Translations under genes and position numbers: made by a program
Notes under the pieces: model-generated
Seen by the model: the letters and a program-made list of their open reading frames with translations, nothing else
Told to the model about the DNA's origin: nothing
Databases searched by the model: none
Shown: in pieces, positions 60,601-64,000 of the stretch
Layout: every line of letters starts with the position of its first letter
How positions within the stretch are numbered: position 1 is the stretch's first letter
Source of the DNA: a virus
Taxonomy: Duplodnaviria; Caudoviricetes
IMG/VR virus record: IMGVR_UViG_3300001919_000035
Span: 10,257 to 74,256 of that record
DNA length: 64,000 bases
Direction: 5' to 3' (one strand)

Positions 60601-61648
60601 ATCTATATGCTCTTGCATCAAATTCTTCATCACTAATGTCCCATGTTTCCTCAGTAATATTAGCAGCAAATAACATATTATCTTTTGCTTCTAATACTTT
60701 AGGTATAAACTGATAACTAGTAAGTCCATTGAATTCGTCTACTGTCATTTCACTTATCATACCACCTTTATCCTCATATGATAATGTGGAACCAGTAACT
60801 GATACTTCATCTACTATAGTTATTTCAGGTACATCTATATTATTCTTATAATACAGTCTAATGATTCTAGCTCTAGAAAATGAACTATCTGGCAAATCTG
60901 CTTTTAATATAATAGATTTATTAGAGTTAGATTCTGAAGTACTACCTATAATGGTTTGGCTGTTAGATGCATCTGTATTCTTTGAAGCAGTAATCATCTT
61001 ACTTAGGGAACTTACAGAAGTTTCTAAGCTACGTGGATTAAATAATTGATATGCATATTGATACTTACCAGCTTTAAGTGAACCTGATCCCATACCTGCT
61101 ATATACAAACTAGGTAGGGTACTCTTAGGAATTATATTAATAGAATCCGCAGTAATGTTAGCACTAGAAGCATCATGAGAAGGATCTACATTGAGTAATC
61201 TTATTTGATTAGAACCATCGCACCAATATATCTTCACATTGTCATCACTTTCCCATCTGCATACACTACTAATAGCATATATACCATTATCTGCTTTCTT
61301 TATATCTAATGGTTTATCACTTACTATTTTAGTGGCATCAGGTTCTGTTTCAGATTTAGAAAAGTCATATCTGTAAATATTAAAGTTATCAGTACCATTA
61401 GTATTAGTAAATACTATTGCCCAGTCTCTAATTGTATTAACATGTATGATAGTTTCTCTTTGTAATGTAGTAGAAGGTATTGTTTTTAAGAACCCTTCAA
61501 TATTCTGCATAACGCCAGTAGTACCATTGTCATGAGTAAGAATACGGATGTTATCAGCATACTGATATTGATTACCCTTTATTACAGAATAATCTAAATC
61601 CATATTCATACCAGAAGTAAATGTGTTAGTCTGTCGTAATGTATTCAT
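57620..61648 (-). CDS. Muzzle / tail stabilisation protein (P22 gp10-like)
   Basis: 1342 aa, NTFTSGMNMD start, beta-rich, position between cargo and ring genes as in crAss-like phages. Confidence 0.75.
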   Translation of the reverse strand: MNTLRQTNTFTSGMNMDLDYSVIKGNQYQYADNIRILTHDNGTTGVMQNIEGFLKTIPSTTLQRETIIHVNTIRDWAIVFTNTNGTDNFNIYRYDFSKSETEPDATKIVSDKPLDIKKADNGIYAISSVCRWESDDNVKIYWCDGSNQIRLLNVDPSHDASSANITADSINIIPKSTLPSLYIAGMGSGSLKAGKYQYAYQLFNPRSLETSVSSLSKMITASKNTDASNSQTIIGSTSESNSNKSIILKADLPDSSFSRARIIRLYYKNNIDVPEITIVDEVSVTGSTLSYEDKGGMISEMTVDEFNGLTSYQFIPKVLEAKDNMLFAANITEETWDISDEEFDARAYRCDKTGNVSLISNSGQQSRSFDIDNIPDIPIDHDCICPYNYDESSEYRYFRTSTGNYLYGGAGKNIWYRFVTADLIEDSSTVARDGYFNEDFSLISKKYSTNKINLYTVTDHTGFQERVGGFILPTSDNILNYSNPYVDAYVRSYQRDEVYRFAIILYNESSMASSAHWIADIRMPKANTPGYEIFSSGKVDLGGDMETAKLSVVTHPLGIEFHVNIDKLKELGVTGYEIVRCERTISDRSIIAQGIISGVTTGDGASSNEIYPYPYLAYSNNHKYVSASSKYHAVFAMSDYTSPNYFIFVSPELCVNRENAEEMVDRFDTIQAIYELSSPINSTIGTESNPKVLANAKSIKSDGRTIHNVSDLDYNKNNGYVGTDRAIRIDAGNFYTATLAKYYKRASVSYPEASINTIRMAINTDPFDQTDNAWKTKPTSIGDSVYYNWMWYAHGTSEDWNNVQKIGPHGICAVFRSDNLHTNIPLANSNSDINKTNAVMLCNIKQNVNQYGGSSHASRQNSVYISTGSYNKVDTSYSRVFGGDTYIGVLDYANAMFAYQADQYDSNDEKSGRLNRTYNGAYIPCESSINLSLRSDNVQVSRTYDPATGYANHFVENDITQIGDLYSQTVPLYAYNDAFSAQPRAKVFVSKSIYSIDNLTTDSRVLSSQPKTNNEVTDSWTKFKVANYIDVDNRFGSINNMKLFKNNLVYWQDDAFGTLAVNERSLISDNNLGSLTLGTGGILTRFDYVTTKNGLKRNQLRATTQSDSTVYWYDDDRKELCAFNGSLETLSKIKGVQSYLSDKDVPFSIDPQLCYDKKYNEALFTLENKTLAFNEQLGVMTSFYTFAPDWYIEFSDKIYTFKSLGLFKYNSGDELDLYGDRDKISYIRFIVNDAYPQTKTFDNVEYGGDFTYDTNFDNIYFETKRQTSYTTTKTGIDYREDTYKFAIPRNSIELNEAQQLVNKSYKDRMKGKYLICHYKYDCNGGNTFKVPYISTAYRYSMI

Positions 61649-62330
61649 AATCGTTAGTTTTTAGTTTCCATAAAAATCCATATGCACTTAATTGTTTGCC
61701 ATTACAACAATCTTTTATTCCGGATCTTGCGACGTTGTTTTTTCTTGCAGCATCACAAATACTAGAGTACTCTTCAATAAATTCTCCATCTAAAGAATAT
61801 TTAATTACGGGTTTTCTAAGGCTTTTTACTCGTTCAGATACCTTTATAGTTACTGGTTTTACATCACATTCTGCATAATTTTGCCATTTAATATTACTAA
61901 CTTTTATTACACCTTTGTGAGATAATGATTTCTTTAACTTAGCCTCAATATTTTGTTTACATCCTAAATTACTGCCCGCCACTGGTGCATTGTTATATTC
62001 AGGTTTTAAATCTAAATATTTTTGTTCTAAAAATAATATTGTATCCTTTATAGGTTCACAAGTTTCAAGAATTTGAAATACAAAATGCTTTTCACCATAC
62101 TTGTTCCAAGCCGCCTGTAAATGTTTATTATGATGTGTATTTTTTGATAATTTAAAAAAGTGATCTTTTAATCGTCTTTTAACATTAAAAGAACTTCCTA
62201 TATACCTTTTACCATTTAATATATTTTTAATCATATACACACCAGAACAACAAGTAACATTACAAATATTCCTTTTGTTTAAAATATTCATACCTCCTAC
62301 AAAAGTATTTGTTTGTCTCTGTGCATTCAT
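61626..62330 (-). mobile_element. Free-standing GIY-YIG homing endonuclease fused to the original muzzle N-terminus
   Basis: SGVYMIKN...YIGSS...RLKDHF; NUMOD3/NUMOD1-like tail; starts MNAQRQTNTFVGGMN. Confidence 0.9.
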
Positions 62331-63286
62331 ACTCTATTAGCATTATATATATGTTGCCTAGAACCAGCATGACTATAAAAAGAACTATGTTCATGATACT
62401 CTGGATATAAAGTATTCCAAGTATTCTTTATAGATTCTACTTCATCTTCATTCGGTAACATAGCTTCAGCATAAGCTTGTTTACAATAGTAATTCCAAGA
62501 ATTACGGAATGTTACATACATTTTTTCATTCCATTCTCCCCTGATCCATTTCTGTAATGCTATTTTCTGTGCAATATACCAATATATTGCTTCCATATAA
62601 GATACATGATCAGGAATTAATGGATAGCCGTCTTCATCAGTAAGTATAGCACTATAGGATAGCTTTAGAAAACCACACGGAGCATTTGTCATAATATACC
62701 CTGGTTTAATACTATATTGCAAATCCCAATTAGGATTAACACTAGTACTACCTCTTAAATAATCTATATTTACAGTATGTGAGTTAATAAGATTTCTAAG
62801 TATAGTCTTCATATTAGGGTTAGTATTAAGCATTTCTAATGCTTCTGTTTTATCTATATTTCCATATAGATCTACTACTAAGTTAACTAATACTTCATCT
62901 TTAACCCACATTTCTGGTTTGTCACATGAACAATTACATCCTTTCTTACAAGGGTCCTTACAACAATCTTCACATCCCCAAACAGCAAATGAACCTGTAG
63001 CTTTCCTCATAGGAAACCAAGGTCCATCACAATTAAAAGAATATGCTACTTGATGTAACTTATGCAGATTGCATGGAAGAGGAGCTTGATGACATTCAAT
63101 CTTTACTATTGGTGCACCATTTACGCCAGACACAACTCGCTCAAATTGCTGTACTGCACCAATCTTTTCTAAACCTTCTCCGATCCACTCACGCATATCA
63201 GATATTAAAATATCATCTTCCTCCAACCCTAAATCTGCTATAACTTTAGCTATAGCTGCTTTTGAACTAACAAGTTTTGTTATCAT
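62327..63286 (-). CDS. Tail tubular / ring protein
   Basis: MITKLVSSKAAIAKVIADL...WIGEGLEKIG...GYPLIPD...YMEAIYWYI; position upstream of the muzzle gene. Confidence 0.7.
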   Translation of the reverse strand: MITKLVSSKAAIAKVIADLGLEEDDILISDMREWIGEGLEKIGAVQQFERVVSGVNGAPIVKIECHQAPLPCNLHKLHQVAYSFNCDGPWFPMRKATGSFAVWGCEDCCKDPCKKGCNCSCDKPEMWVKDEVLVNLVVDLYGNIDKTEALEMLNTNPNMKTILRNLINSHTVNIDYLRGSTSVNPNWDLQYSIKPGYIMTNAPCGFLKLSYSAILTDEDGYPLIPDHVSYMEAIYWYIAQKIALQKWIRGEWNEKMYVTFRNSWNYYCKQAYAEAMLPNEDEVESIKNTWNTLYPEYHEHSSFYSHAGSRQHIYNANRV

Positions 63287-63926
63287 TTTTATATTTCCAT
63301 TTAAAATTATAAGCAGTTTTTCTTTTGCCTTGACAACATCTTTTTATATTTACTCTTCTGTTTTTATCACCCAAATTAATTGCCGCTTCCATTATAGAAT
63401 TATATTCTCTAATAAATTTGTTATTTAAGTCGAATTGCAATATAATTTTACGTTGTTTAGCATTGTGTTCCGAGTTTTTAGAACTTATTGATAACTTTTT
63501 CCTTGATTCCTCAGACCATATTCTATTTTTATTAGACTCTGATATTATTTTCCTATGCTTTTCAGAAATTTTATGACCAGTATAAGATTCTCCACAATGA
63601 TGGGAGGCTAGTTTGCAAATATTATAATCACCATCTGAATCTATATATTTTTGTTCTATATAAAGTAAAGTGCTTCTTACATTATCACAAGTTTCTAATA
63701 TAGAAAACTCAAAAGCATTTTCTCCATATTTATTCCAAGCATTTTGTAAATGAGTATTTACATGTTTGTTTTTAGATAAATCATTATAATGTTGTCTATA
63801 TCTTTTCCTAACATCAATAGAACTACCTACATATTTTTTATTATTTAATTTATTTACAATAGCATATATTCCAGATACTTTTGGAACATTTATGTGACCG
63901 CCATAATATAATTTAAAGTGCGACAT
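63267..63926 (-). mobile_element. Free-standing GIY-YIG homing endonuclease
   Basis: SGIYAIVN...YVGSS...RYRQH; NUMOD3-like GHKISEKHRKIISES and NUMOD1-like tail. Confidence 0.9.
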
Positions 63927-64000
63927 AATCTCTTTCTTTATTTTTAATAATTTGAGCTAGTCTTCTTTTATTTGCTCTAGTCATTACTAACTGATACATT
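63913..64000 (-). CDS. C-terminal end of an upstream gene (partial)
   Basis: Open frame ...YQLVMTRANKRRLAQIIKNKERDYVAL* overlapping the GIY-YIG start. Confidence 0.55.
   Translation of the reverse strand, partial: MYQLVMTRANKRRLAQIIKNKERDYVAL

Noticed and set aside
245-63243. Short antisense ORFs in the track overlapping long genes (e.g. 14078..14488, 19132..19527, 25879..26391, 38257..38472, 57356..57559)
   Set aside because: They are shadow frames of well-supported genes on the opposite strand and have no recognisable motifs.
1-64000. Stop-codon reassignment (TAG or TGA), known in some crAss-like phages
   Set aside because: Multi-kb genes are intact in code 11, TAG and TGA end plausible genes, and no CTA or TCA suppressor tRNA was seen.
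1-64000. CRISPR array, DGR, invertible shufflon, integrase or intein
   Set aside because: No regularly spaced repeats, reverse transcriptase, recombinase or intein splice motifs were recognised; PolB, DnaB and primase have ordinary lengths.

Overview
This 64-kb window is about two thirds of an AT-rich crAss-like (Crassvirales, probable Bacteroidota host) phage genome, read in genetic code 11. From 1 to ~3000 are leftward small late genes, including a GroES-like gene. From ~3200 to 35600 is a rightward early/middle block: many small unknown ORFs, an ECF-type sigma factor, two AAA+ ATPases, PolB, DnaB, Sak4-like annealase, SSB-like protein, primase, an endonuclease and a PD-(D/E)XK exonuclease. 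From 35634 to the end is the leftward virion block: three giant ejection proteins including the 4257-aa virion RNA polymerase, a cargo protein, the muzzle/tail-stabilisation protein and a ring protein. The ORF track misses a substantial non-coding layer: (1) a circularly permuted two-piece tmRNA gene (tag GNIFVTDYTQLAVA*); (2) a ~2.2-kb ORF-free, helix-rich candidate giant ncRNA with a putative kissing loop spanning ~1.57 kb; (3) about ten tRNA-like elements that keep acceptor stem and T-arm but have altered interiors, including two tRNAs with 6-nt anticodon loops and an initiator-type tRNA with a CAC anticodon; (4) a four-copy ECF-like promoter motif that may be read by the phage sigma factor, and a three-copy early motif; (5) two free-standing homing-endonuclease cassettes that duplicate and recode the end of the gene they interrupt. 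All calls come from reading the sequence by eye. No database search or folding program was run, and novelty claims are unverified.
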